Origin: Eledone cirrhosa | Lineage: Eukaryota | NCBI GenBank assembly: GCA_964016885.1 | Contig: OZ024741.1 | Span: forward strand, 364,250,001-364,314,000 | Reading direction: 5' to 3' | DNA: 64,000 nt | Part shown: piece after piece, positions 51,810-63,324 of the stretch | Numbering within the stretch: the stretch's first letter is position 1 | Layout: every line of letters starts with the position of its first letter | Translations under genes and position numbers: made by a program | Notes under the pieces: model-generated | What the model was told of the DNA's origin: nothing | The model's input: the letters and a program-made list of their open reading frames with translations, nothing else | Databases searched by the model: none

Positions 51810-54800
51810 ATTGTTTTATTCACTTTCGCCAATCCATTGCTGCTTCAATTATTCCTACTACGGTGTACCTATGTAATCGTAACGTACAAAATTTTTCTCT
51901 ATCTACTCCACGCTCAATTTCGTACATAGTCCAAACATCTAATCTCGCAAAATCCGAAATCTGTATTTTTTGTTATTTATTTAAGGTTTAAATACGGTGT
52001 TTTTGTCGTATTGAACAGAACAAATCTTGCAGTTTTGCTTTTTGTTAAATCGCTTGTTAAACATTCATAACCTTCCAGCTAGCTACCCCATACCCCTCCC
52101 ACCCGCCCCCACACACCACCATTCTTAATACGTGGACCAATCATAAGCCAGAGCCCCCCCCCCACGCATCACCATTATTATTATAAGCCAGACCCCCCCC
52201 CCACGCATCACCATTATTATTACGCGGACCAATCATAAGCCAGAGGCCTATACTATCGCTTGCCCGGTGCCTTCGATATATGATGGATGGATGGATGGAC
52301 GGACGGACTGCGGAATCCTGGAGAGTGGAAGGGAGCGAAAATGCCAAAGTTAAAGTCAAATTCACCTCGTGGACGAGAATGCGAGCACTCCTCTTTGTTT
52401 CGTGGACGAGAATGCGAGCACTCCTCTTTGTTTCGTCCGCGGATGGCTAACATAACCCTATCTCCCCCCGCCCCCCACCACCCCCACCCTCCAAACGCAA
52501 CCCCAAACTTCAGAGTTGGTACCATTAATGTAGGCACCCTAAAGGGTCGCGCTAACGAGGTTGTAGAAATGCTTGAACGTAAGGAGGTCGATGTTTGTTG
52601 TATTCAAGAGACCAGGTGGAGGGGTGGGTCTGCTAGATTCATTGAGGGTAAAAAACGATGTTATAAGCTTTTCTGGGTGGGAAACGACGATGGGCTGGGT
52701 GGAGTAGGAATCATGGTAGCAGAAAAGTGGGCAGATAAGATAATAGACGTAAAAAGAGTGAACGACAGAATAATTAAAATACGACTTGTCCTCAATAGAA
52801 CTACGGTGACAGTAATATCTGCGTACGCACCCCAATCCGGACTGCCCGGCACTATAAAAGACAGATTCTATGAGACACTGTTGCTAACTACCTCCCAAAT
52901 ATCTGACAGTGACTATATAATTATTGCTGGCGACCTAAATGGTCACGTTGGACAACATTGTGACGGCTACGACGAAATCCATGGAGGCTATGGGTTTGGT
53001 ACTAGAAATGAGGAAGGCTCCAGAATCCTGGAATTCTGTGATGCAAATAACCTAACTATCTGTAACACTAACTTCAAAAAACGTGACAATCACCTGATCA
53101 CCTATAGATCTGGGGAACACACAAGCCAGGTAGATTATATCCTTACCAGAAGACGTGACAGAGTGTCTGTTGTAAACACTAAATCCCTCCCCCATGAAGA
53201 ATGCACCTCCCAACATAGACTGATAATTAGCGACCTCATAGTCAGGACGAGACGTACTCGACAGCAGAAGAGGACTATCCTCAGGAGGAAAATATGGAAG
53301 CTAAAGGACCCCACAGCCAGAAATAAATTTCAAAGCATATTACTTGATGCTTTCGACAGTAAGGAAGAGCATCTAGAATCGGACAATATAGAGGGACAGT
53401 GGGATTTTCTGAAAGCAAACCTGCTGTTGGCGACAGACGAAGTCTGTGGCTGGAGCAGGCCTGTAGGCAGGAGGAGAGTAACATGGTGGTGGAACAGTAA
53501 GGTGGAGGGGTCAATTAAGGCCAAAAAGCAGGCTTGGAAAGTATGGCGGGATGGGGCAAGTAGAGTAGACTATCAAGTGGCCAGGAGGGAAGCTAGGAGA
53601 GAAGTGTACTTAGCAAGAAGGGAAGCTGAGGAAAGAAAGTTCAAGCATGTTCTACAACGCGATGACCAAAAACGTGAGGTGTTCAGGATTGCTAGGCAAT
53701 GCGTCAAGGAAAACCGTGATATTGTCGGGGAGAAGTGTGTACTTAACGATGATGGCATACTTGCCATCACCGACACTGATAAGAAGGTAGCTTGGAAGTG
53801 TCACTATGAAAGGCTACTAAATGAGGAGAATAAATGGGAGAAAGACAGTCTCCCCCATATCGACCCAATAGAGGGACCAGCAGTGTTAGTCGAGGGGAGT
53901 ATAATAAGTAAGGCAATCAAGGATATGAAGACGGGTAAGGCGGCTGGGCCTTCGGAAATAGTTGCTGAGATGCTGAAGGCATCTGGCACGGTGGGACACA
54001 CCATGGTCACCCGCATAGTTAACCAAGTCGTACAGAATGGGGTTGTTCCGAAGGACTGGCATAGCAGCATCATCGTTAACTGTTATAAGGGTAAAGGAGA
54101 CGCCCTAGATAGGAGTAACTATAGAGGCATTAAATTAATCGACCAGGTCATGAAGGTCACGGAAAAAGTAATAGCGCAACTAATCAGAGAGAGAATTGAC
54201 CTAGATGAAATGCAGTTCGGGTTTGTGTCAGGCAAAAGCACCACAGACGCTCTTTTCATAGTACGACAACTACTGGAGAAGTACCTAGCTAAAGGTAAAC
54301 CCCTCTACTTAGCTTTTGTCGACCTGGAGAAAGCCTTCGACAGAGTCCCCCGCTCCATTATCTGGTGGGCTCTTAGAAAACTAGGCATTGACGAATGGCT
54401 TGTGAGGGCTATACAAGCCATGTATAAAGAAACAGTCAGCAAGGTTAGAATTAACAACGAATATAGTGAAGAGTTTAGCGTAAAAGTTGGCGTCCATCAG
54501 GGCTCTGTTCTCAGCCCCCTACTATTTATTATTGCCCTTCAGGCTATAACAGAGGAGTTCAAGACAGGCTGCCCATGGGAACTCCTATACGCAGACGACC
54601 TGACACTCATAGCGGAATCAATGGCCGAGCTAGAGAAGAAATTCCAAACATGGAAGCACGGCCTAGAGTCAAAAGGACTTAAAATTAACCTGGCTAAGAC
54701 CAAAGTTCTAGTTTGTAGGAAAGAAAACAAGGCGGCGGTCCCTTCTGGGAAATGGTCGTGCTCGGTGTGTAGGAAAGGCGTAGGTAGAAACTCCATTTTA

Positions 54801-55910
54801 TGTCCTAAATGCAAAGTATGGGTGCATAAAAGATGTAGTGGGATCACAGGTAAGCTAACTAAGAACATAGATTTTACATGTGGCCGGTGTTCTGGTGCAA
54901 TAAGTAGCAGCAAGTGCCCACAAAATACTAGCTCTTTCAATTGCGCAGAGGGTTCTATAGAAATAGTGGACAGCTTCCGTTACCTGGGCGATAAAATCAG
55001 CAGTGGGGGAGGGTGCTCTGAAAGTACTGTAGCTAGAGTCAGAACTGGTTGGAAAAAGTTCAGAGAGCTTATACCACTATTAGCTGCTAAAGGGTTCTCC
55101 CTAAAAATGAAAGGCAGGTTGTACGATGCCTGCATACGAACAGCAATGTTGCATGGCAGTGAGACCTGGGCATTGTGTGCAGAGGATATACGCAGACTAG
55201 AGAGGAACGAAGCTTGCATGCTCCGCTGGATGTGTAACAGTAATATACGTGAACGGCAAAGCATAAACGAACTAAGGAAAAAATTAGAGATAAGAGGGAT
55301 CAGATGTTGTTTACTCGAGAGAAGGCTACGTTGGTATGGACACGTGATGCGCATGAAAGTCGATAGCTGTATAACAAAGTGCAGGGCAATAAAGATAGAC
55401 GGTAGCCACGGAATAGGCAGACCTAGAAAAACCTGGGATGAGCTGATAAACTCCGACCTCACACACTTACACCTCTCCAAGACAATGTCACTGGACCGAG
55501 ACCTTTGGCGGTACTCAGTAACAGAGAAGACCCGCCTTGCCAGTAGGCATCTCTAACAAAATACACCCCGTCCCGCCACCACCCCCACCCCATCCACACC
55601 ACCCGCTCTATGTAAAGTTATGTTGGTGCCGCGCCATCCAGGCCGAAACAAATGAGATCGTGTAGGTGTCACGACAAAAAAACACACAGTCCACGCTGTA
55701 ATGTGGCCGTGTAGGCAACACGGTAAAAACCTCCCAGACCCACACTGTAAATGTGGTTGGTGTTAGGAAGGGCATCCAACTGTAGAAAACCTACCAGACA
55801 GTCCTATGCGAGCAAGACAATCACTCTTGCCTCAAGTGGGACTACCCCCGTCCAAACCCATGCAAGCGTGGAACACGGACGTTAAACGTTGATGATGATG
55901 ATGATGATGA
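51810..55910 (+). mobile_element. Apparently full-length RTE-clade LINE
   Basis: Uninterrupted ORF, CpG-retaining 5' region (5' boundary uncertain, no TSD found), ~350-bp 3' UTR, GGACGTTAAACGT(TGA)n tail. Confidence 0.9.
52443..55556 (+). CDS. RTE ORF: AP endonuclease + reverse transcriptase with inserted PHD finger (frame open from 52287)
   Basis: APE motifs GTINVGTL, IQETRW, AYAPQ, GDLNGHVG, VDYIL, SQHRL; RT motifs NYRGIKL, QFGF, FVDLEKAFDRV, GVHQGSVLSPLLF, LLYADD, FRYLG; RRLRWYGHV; GRPRKTW. Confidence 0.95.
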   Translation: MANITLSPPAPHHPHPPNATPNFRVGTINVGTLKGRANEVVEMLERKEVDVCCIQETRWRGGSARFIEGKKRCYKLFWVGNDDGLGGVGIMVAEKWADKIIDVKRVNDRIIKIRLVLNRTTVTVISAYAPQSGLPGTIKDRFYETLLLTTSQISDSDYIIIAGDLNGHVGQHCDGYDEIHGGYGFGTRNEEGSRILEFCDANNLTICNTNFKKRDNHLITYRSGEHTSQVDYILTRRRDRVSVVNTKSLPHEECTSQHRLIISDLIVRTRRTRQQKRTILRRKIWKLKDPTARNKFQSILLDAFDSKEEHLESDNIEGQWDFLKANLLLATDEVCGWSRPVGRRRVTWWWNSKVEGSIKAKKQAWKVWRDGASRVDYQVARREARREVYLARREAEERKFKHVLQRDDQKREVFRIARQCVKENRDIVGEKCVLNDDGILAITDTDKKVAWKCHYERLLNEENKWEKDSLPHIDPIEGPAVLVEGSIISKAIKDMKTGKAAGPSEIVAEMLKASGTVGHTMVTRIVNQVVQNGVVPKDWHSSIIVNCYKGKGDALDRSNYRGIKLIDQVMKVTEKVIAQLIRERIDLDEMQFGFVSGKSTTDALFIVRQLLEKYLAKGKPLYLAFVDLEKAFDRVPRSIIWWALRKLGIDEWLVRAIQAMYKETVSKVRINNEYSEEFSVKVGVHQGSVLSPLLFIIALQAITEEFKTGCPWELLYADDLTLIAESMAELEKKFQTWKHGLESKGLKINLAKTKVLVCRKENKAAVPSGKWSCSVCRKGVGRNSILCPKCKVWVHKRCSGITGKLTKNIDFTCGRCSGAISSSKCPQNTSSFNCAEGSIEIVDSFRYLGDKISSGGGCSESTVARVRTGWKKFRELIPLLAAKGFSLKMKGRLYDACIRTAMLHGSETWALCAEDIRRLERNEACMLRWMCNSNIRERQSINELRKKLEIRGIRCCLLERRLRWYGHVMRMKVDSCITKCRAIKIDGSHGIGRPRKTWDELINSDLTHLHLSKTMSLDRDLWRYSVTEKTRLASRHL

Positions 55911-56265
55911 TATGTTTATCTCGGGTTCAATTGGGGGTTACCACAGTCAACAAAACAATTACTAGACTTGAAAAAAAAGTACTTTGATCATTATATTCAA
56001 CTTTAAGGAAGTGCCCCAGTATAGTCACAGTTAAATGACTGAAACGAACAAAATGAAAAACGAACAAAGTAACGGTAATTTATTAGCAAATATAGCTTGT
56101 GCATAATCATGACATTCGCTTTTGCAATTCTGTCTGCTGGAACAATGAGCCAACATCCACTTCAGGTTTTGCACTTTAGTAAGACAAAACATGAATGAAA
56201 GACTGTGATAACCTTTCATTGGTTGATTTATGATGTTACCATTAATATATAAACGGAAAAAAATT

Positions 56266-56903
56266 AAACGAAATTTCATTTCTCACTCTTAGTACGGCTG
56301 TTACTTAAATATAAGTATGTATACGTACATACATATATGTATACAGACATACAGTAGTATGTATATATATATACATACATGCACACATATATATATGTAC
56401 GTATGGATTCACCAAACATTTATTATAATGCTCGGTGTGCATGTATGTATATATATATACATACTACTGTACGTCTGTATACATATATGTATGTACGTAT
56501 ACATACTTATATTTAAATAACAGCCGTACTAAGAGTGGGAAATGAAATTTCGTTTCATTTTTACTGTTTATTGTTTTCGGTACCTGCTCAGCCGTTAATA
56601 TGCATAAGGAAAGTATATACTTACAGACGTTCAATCATCTGGCAGGAAGGTATACGTTGCTGACGATAGCTAATAAGCTTGAAACTAGTACAGCGTTCCT
56701 TTGTCAGTGTTGAACAAATGAGCAACGATGGTTGCTGGACACTACGGCTTAATACGGGATGTTTGTTTACAAACACACCGGGCATTATAATAAATGTTCG
56801 GTGAATCCATACGTACATATATATATGTGTGCATGTATGTATATATATATATGCATACTACTGTACGTCTGTATACATATATGTATGTACGTATACATAC
56901 TTA
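56266..56903. repeat. Inverted triplication
   Basis: 56266-56386 inverted at 56435-56555; 56312-56439 inverted again at 56774-56903. Confidence 0.9.
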
Positions 56904-56905
56904 CA

Positions 56906-56959
<54 letters not shown>

Positions 56960-57102
56960 CATGCTAGTGTGGAAAATGGACATTAAACGATGATGATATA
57001 TATATATATATATATGTAAAAGGTAAACAGAAATAACAACACAATCGGTACAGTATATGGAAGGTTTATATTAGGTTAATGCTTGATATAGCAGGAAGAG
57101 GG

Positions 57103-57138
57103 TCTTAACATTTCGGACGCTAGTCCTTCATCAGAAGA
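57103..57138 (-). ncRNA. Minimal type I hammerhead ribozyme motif (Penelope-type)
   Basis: TCTT-CTGATGA-A-GGAC-TAGC-GTCC-GAAA-TG-TT-AAGA: 4-bp stem I, 4-bp stem II, intact core boxes. Confidence 0.65.
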
Positions 57139-57172
57139 AAGTATGAGAAATAAAATAGATTGCAAAACTCAT

Positions 57173-58079
57173 ATCATCATCATCATCATCATCATCATTT
57201 TACGTCCGCTTTTCCCTGCTTGCAAGGGTGGGACGGGTCTTATTCAGCACAGCATCTCTCCACTCGTCACGGTCCCTCGTCATCTCCACCGTGAGCTTCA
57301 ATGATCTGAGGTCTGTTCTCACCACCTCCGCCCATGTTTTTCGTGGTCTACCTCTATCACGTCTTCCTTCAACTGGCATTTCCTGGCACTTCTTCACCCA
57401 TCGGTCATCCTCCATGCGCATCACATGTCCATACCACCTCAGTCTCCTCTCCCGTACACTACATTCTATCCCTCTCAGACACAGTTTCTCTCTCAACACA
57501 TTTATGCTGGGTCGTTCACGCACATTTACACTGCACATCCAACGGAGCATGCTTGCCTCATTTCTCTCCAGCCGTCGCATATCCTCTGCGGTTGCTGCCC
57601 ATGTCTCACTACCATGCAGCATCGCGCTCCTCACACAGGCATCATACAACTGGCCTTTCGTACGCAGGGAGAAACCCTTCTTCGTCAACAGAGGAAGCAG
57701 CTCCCTAAACTTCTTCCAACCCGTCCTTATTCTAGATACTATGGCCTCGGAACACCCTCCTCCCATGCTAATCTGATCTCCTAGGTACCGGAAGCTATCC
57801 ACCACTTCTATAGCGCCCTCTCGCATTTGAAAAATGTGTCTATCAGTGCGACTTCTACTGTCTAATTTCCCTGTACATCTACTGCATACATATTTCTCCC
57901 TACCTGTTAGTTTGCCTGCTATCCCGCTACATCTCTTGTGTACCCAGGACCTGCATTGTGTGCATTTTATAGAATTTATGCTAGTTCCTTTTCTGCATAT
58001 CGAACATGGCCATTTCCCTGACGGAATCAGGGTTTTGTCCTCTTTTCTACTCATCAACACTTTTGTCTTAGCTAGATTT
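57173..58079 (-). mobile_element. 5'-truncated RTE, subfamily B (uninterrupted 286-aa C-terminal ORF 57200-58060)
   Basis: PHD WPCSIC...WVHKRC, FRYLG, RRLRWYGHV; stop codon directly before the (TGA)n tail. Confidence 0.93.
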
Positions 58080-58341
58080 GTATATATATATATATATTTG
58101 TATATATATATATATAGTTAATAAATGAAACACAGGAGGCAAGTTTTACACATTTATATTAGGTTCATGCTTGGTGGAAGTGGAGGAGGTTTCAATGTTT
58201 CGGTGAAATAAAGTGTTTACCATGAAAATACAATAGTTTATATAGAGTAATGTAAAAGCTAAAGGGTTAAACAGCATAAACCTAAGTAGTAGCATCAACT
58301 AGATGAACGCTGGCATGAACTAGACTATATGTTTCCTGTAA

Positions 58342-58914
58342 ATCATCATCATCATCATCATCATCACCATTTTACGTCCGTTCTTCCACGCTAGCATGGA
58401 TTAGATGGGCTGTCCTGTTGTGGGCAGTGTCTGGTCGGCTGACCATGCCTTGCTCATACAGGAACTGATTTGGCTTGATTTCTACAGCTGGATGCCTTTC
58501 CTAACACCAACCTCATTTACAGTGAGTGCTGGGTGCTTTTTCGTGGCACCTACACGTCCACTTTACAGTGTGGGCTCGGTGCTTTTTTGCCGTGGCACCT
58601 CCACGACCACCTTGCAGTGAGGGGTGTGGGGGCATATTGTCTATATGCTTCAGCTTGTAACCATGGGAGGTCGGGTACTCTGTATTACTGCGTGACGCCA
58701 GAGGTCACGGTCGTGTGTCATCACCTTTGAGAGGTGTAATTGGGTAAGGTCGGCTTTTATCACCTCATCCCAGGTCATCTTGGGTCTCCCCACTCCGCGG
58801 TTTCCATCGACTTCTCGTGCTCTGCACCTTTTTATGCAGCTGTCATCCTTCATACGCATCACATGTCCATACTAACGCAACTGCCTCTCCTGCACACAGC
58901 ATTTGATTCCTCTT
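58342..58914 (-). mobile_element. 5'-truncated RTE, subfamily C
   Basis: MRMKDDSCIKRC...GRPKMTWDE, modular 3' UTR and TGA tail. Confidence 0.88.
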
Positions 58915-59146
58915 ATATATATATATAATATATATATATATATAATATATCTAATATATATGTAATATAAATAATATATTAAATAATCAACGCTATTTTC
59001 TTTTCAGATTCTATTTTGCTTCTTTACTTCTCACTTGACTTTGTGTTCTTAGTTTTCTATTTCAAAACCACACCTTTTGTAATTTCAATCTATCTACATT
59101 TTCAAAGACATATCCTTCTACCTGTATCAGAAGTGTATATATATAG

Positions 59147-59203
<57 letters not shown>

Positions 59204-59568
59204 TTTATTTTATCTACCATGGAAAGATAAAAGGCAAAGCTGACTGGCAGAATTTGAACTCAGACTGTAAAGAATTGGAACAAATACCGTGAGGCATTTA
59301 TATATATATAGATTACATTTAACTTAAATCTGCCTTCCTAACAAATCATCTCCGATTGATCCTTTAAGACCCTCAGAGGGATACTCCCCTGATAATGGGT
59401 TTTTAAACCTGAAAATATTTGGGCTTATTAAATTTATGGTAAGATTCTTTTGTTATCTTGGCAATTTTAATTTTCAAGTGCATTGTATGGTTTTCAAAAA
59501 TATTTAAATATATATATATAAAGAAAGAGTTTGTGGGAGAGAGAGAGTGGGAGAGGGGAGAGAGAGAG

Positions 59569-59632
<64 letters not shown>

Positions 59633-60823
59633 TTGTTTTACATATAATTTTACTTGATTCCACTGGGCAATCAGGACTAACCTGCGACTAAAGAACAATA
59701 ACTAATATAAAAACATAGGCATGTTGGTTGGGCAGTTGGTTTAACATCAAATATTTTTTCCTGATTTAAAAATACATTCATTCACTCATTGGTTTCATCT
59801 TACTGATGATCTCATCCTATTTACTCCTAGGAAGTATTTCAGGCTTTGCCTGTTAATAAATAGTCATGGGAAAAGATGTAGGATGTATAGAACACGTCAC
59901 AGTCCTGAAATATGGAAAACACTGTTCTCTTGCACTCTGGGAAATATCTTGAAAGAAGTAAACACACAACTTTCTCTCTCATGGCCTTTGGGTATCCTTT
60001 ACTAAGCCTAGAATAATATACACTTAGAATCTTGAGTAACTGTGCAGATTATATGAGGGTGCTACATAAAATTTAAATTAACTGTTTTGATACCAGGGTT
60101 AATAGGGGATGAATTGGCAGAGTTGTTACAGCATGAGATTAAATGCCTCTGTATTTGTTCCAACTAAACACATTCTGAGTTCAAATGCTACTGAGATCAA
60201 CTTTGCCTTTAATCTTTTCAGGAGTTGATAAATAAAGTGCCAGTCATATAAGGAGTGGAGGATTGGCAGAATAGTTAAAGAGTCAGTCAGGATACTTTGC
60301 AGGATCTGATTTGGCTTGGAGTCTCCTAAGTTCAAATCACACTTCCTTCTTTCAGGTGTTGGGACTGGCAGATAGTTTCCTTGGTCTGAGCTGATTATTG
60401 ACTTCCATTTTTTTTTATACCAACTTCCTTAAACGGCTACTAGTTCTATAATACTAAGCAGTTTATGTCAAAATGTTTATTTTTATCGAAAAACCTACCA
60501 CAATAATTTTACGTAAGAACTTTTGTTGAGTTATATTCCAAACATTAACCCAATGACAATGATGAAATATTTAGTTATATTACTAAATCTCTCAAAATTC
60601 TTGATTATTTTCAAAATGAGTTGAAATTCATTGACTGTCTTTCAGTAGAAATTTAGTAATGAAAGGGTTAGAGTAATTGACATTAAATATTTGTAACACC
60701 ATTCCAAAGTTGTAAAACAATATAAATAATAGATTTTTTTTTATAACGGTAATCAATTCTGCTTCATGCTATAATATATAGTCTTATGTTTGTTATTCAG
60801 AAATGTCATTGACAAATATTTAA

Positions 60824-61054
60824 CCCTTTTGATACCAAATCTCCTGAGACTGCACATAGTTCTATGATACAAAACTTTGTTTTAAATGCTTTATATTTGA
60901 TATAAGAACCTTTCTTACATTATGGTCTAAATGCCAGCTTAATAACAAGAAAGCTGGTTATATTACTAAGAATTCCTCCAAATTCTTAATTATTTAAAAA
61001 ATCCTTTGAAAATCATAGGCAGTATCTTTCATTAGAAATTTGATAAGGAAAGGT
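60824..61054 (+). mobile_element. piggyBac-type MITE A
   Basis: TTAA|CCCTTTTGATACC...AAAGGT|TTAA. Confidence 0.65.
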
Positions 61055-61889
61055 TTAACTAAACTTTGAATCAAGCCAAAAGAATTTTTAGAGTTCATAT
61101 TAATAGTGGTAGAACAACTTCTTAGTAAAGAGGAACAGATATTTTTTAATTAGTGGGAACATTTGAGAGTATTTTACTTTCTTAATGAAGTACTTGCAAT
61201 TTTGAATGCAGAACTTATGCAGAAACTTCTCAAGTAGATATTTCTAATATATGCCAGTCTAAGCCAAAGCAGATGAATATTTATTTATATTTGGTTAATA
61301 TGGATTGAAAGAATCTAATAGATATCTTGGAATTCTTAGTATTTATAAGATTTTAAAGCAGGCTTGTTTATATTAAGAGTGTAATTCAAACAAAATTTTT
61401 AACCCTTTCATTACCATATCTCTATGAAAGATACCATGTATGATTTTCAAATCATTTCAAAAATAATCAAGAATTTGTTTATTGATGCATCACTGATATA
61501 TATGTAATATAATAGGGGTGCATATGAAAACATATATAAACATATGGGTAGCCTCACTATCAAAGAAAAAATATTTTTTCGTAATGAAAATATTATTTTT
61601 CTCTATTTTTCACTGTGGATATATCACAGAGTTTGTCAGTACAGTCGAGAATGCCAGACATCATTGTTTCAAGACTTGTTAATTTGTCATCACTCAACTG
61701 GTAGTGACATTAAAATCGACTAGAGTCTAAATAGAATTTTGCGTGATGAACATTTGCTGGAGTTGGTCATTTGCATATAACGGGAAGTTGGCTGATTATA
61801 ATTAATTGGCAATAGTACTAAGACAGCATTTAAACATAATTGTATACAATAAATATACGAAAAGCCCCTCATTATGATTAAATGCAGTA

Positions 61890-62077
61890 TCGGTGGATTG
61901 GCAGTATCGGTAGAGGGTCGGACGCCATGCTTTCCAGTATAGTTACGTCCCTTTACGATCTGAGTTCAAATCCCATCGAGGTTGACTTTGCCTTTCATCC
62001 TTACGGGGTCAATAAAATAAAGTACCAGTAATGCACTGGGTAATTGCTGGCCTTGTGCCTAAAGTAGAAACAATTAT
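61890..62077 (+). mobile_element. SINE family 1 (a further partial copy at 62265-62378)
   Basis: A/B boxes, body and tail. Confidence 0.85.
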
Positions 62078-63284
62078 GTTTAAATGCAGTATTAGTGCTA
62101 TTGCCAATTATATATATATATATATATTACTCTGTCTGTTTGTCTCTCTTTGTATATTATTAATGTCAAATAGATTTTATACTAAACTTTTAGGGTCTAC
62201 TGTGTGTATGTATATGCTTGAATATGTAAATTTTGGACAGATTTACTAACATTATTAATAGTCTCAAATCCCGCCGAGGTTGACTTTGCCTTTCATCCTT
62301 ACGGGGTCGATAAAATAAAGTACCAGTAATGAACTGGGTAATTGCTGGCCTTGTGCCTAAAGTAGAAACAATTATTAATAGTCTCATTATTAAGATTGCA
62401 TTTGTAAGATAACTTAACAAAAGTTTCTTATATTAAATAATGTTGGAAGGTTTTAATTTAAATGAGATCTCTATAAAATTAGTTGTTTTGCTGCATAGAT
62501 CAACTGTTGGGCAATTTGATATCAAAATTTGAATTGATATTTAGATATGAAGAAAAGATGGAAATACTTCATTCTAATTTAGGACAATGTATTGATGCCT
62601 TTCATAAGCCTGGCATTAAACCAATCATAACACACCATGGATCAAAGAGATAGATTAAGAATGATAAAGAACTGAAATGACAAGTAAGGACATAAGATGT
62701 TCCATGGTAACAGAACTGATGTTCTTTTAGATTATTATTCTTTTACTGATTTCAGTCATTAGATTGCAGCCATGATGAAGTACCACCTTGAAGGGATTTT
62801 ATTTAGTCAATCACATCGACCCCAGTACTTTTATTTTTCAATCCTTTAACAATTTTACAAATTCACTACCTTTGGAGTACTACCTTATTTATCAACCCCT
62901 AAAGGATGAAAGGTAAAATTGACATTGGTGGGATTTTAACCTATAGTGTTGTGATCCAGTAGAAATCCCATACCATTTAACCCAATGCCCTTATGACCCT
63001 GCCAATTTGCTGCCTTAGAAAGAGTACAAAATAAAACAAGTGATTGAAAGACTAAGAATAGGGTCAGCGAGAGTTTGTCAGGCAGGCAATATAAATATAG
63101 TTAATTAATTCAAACATGAAAAATAGATCAAAGAGCACTGATCTTTATGATCCAATATAATAATAATATGCTATCGATGTGTATTTTGATATATTTATAT
63201 TTTTGGTCTGTAACTTTGTGATATGACACCATTTTATTTGTCTTCATTTATACCCAACTCCTATGTAATCATGTACATATATGC

Positions 63285-63324
<40 letters not shown>

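Noticed and set aside
52287-52442. Longer N-terminus from ATG 52287
   Set aside because: That ATG lies in a (GATG)n microsatellite and the segment includes a 33-bp duplication; ATG 52443 just before the APE domain is more plausible, though not proven
52300-52460. HDV-like ribozyme at the RTE 5' end (GGCTAA-CATAAC as J4/2-P2')
   Set aside because: No local P2/P3/P1 partners found by eye; the complement of CATAAC lies in the 3' UTR instead
52539-55480. Antisense ORFs over the RTE (also 57228-58121)
   Set aside because: Shadow ORFs of the LINE coding strand
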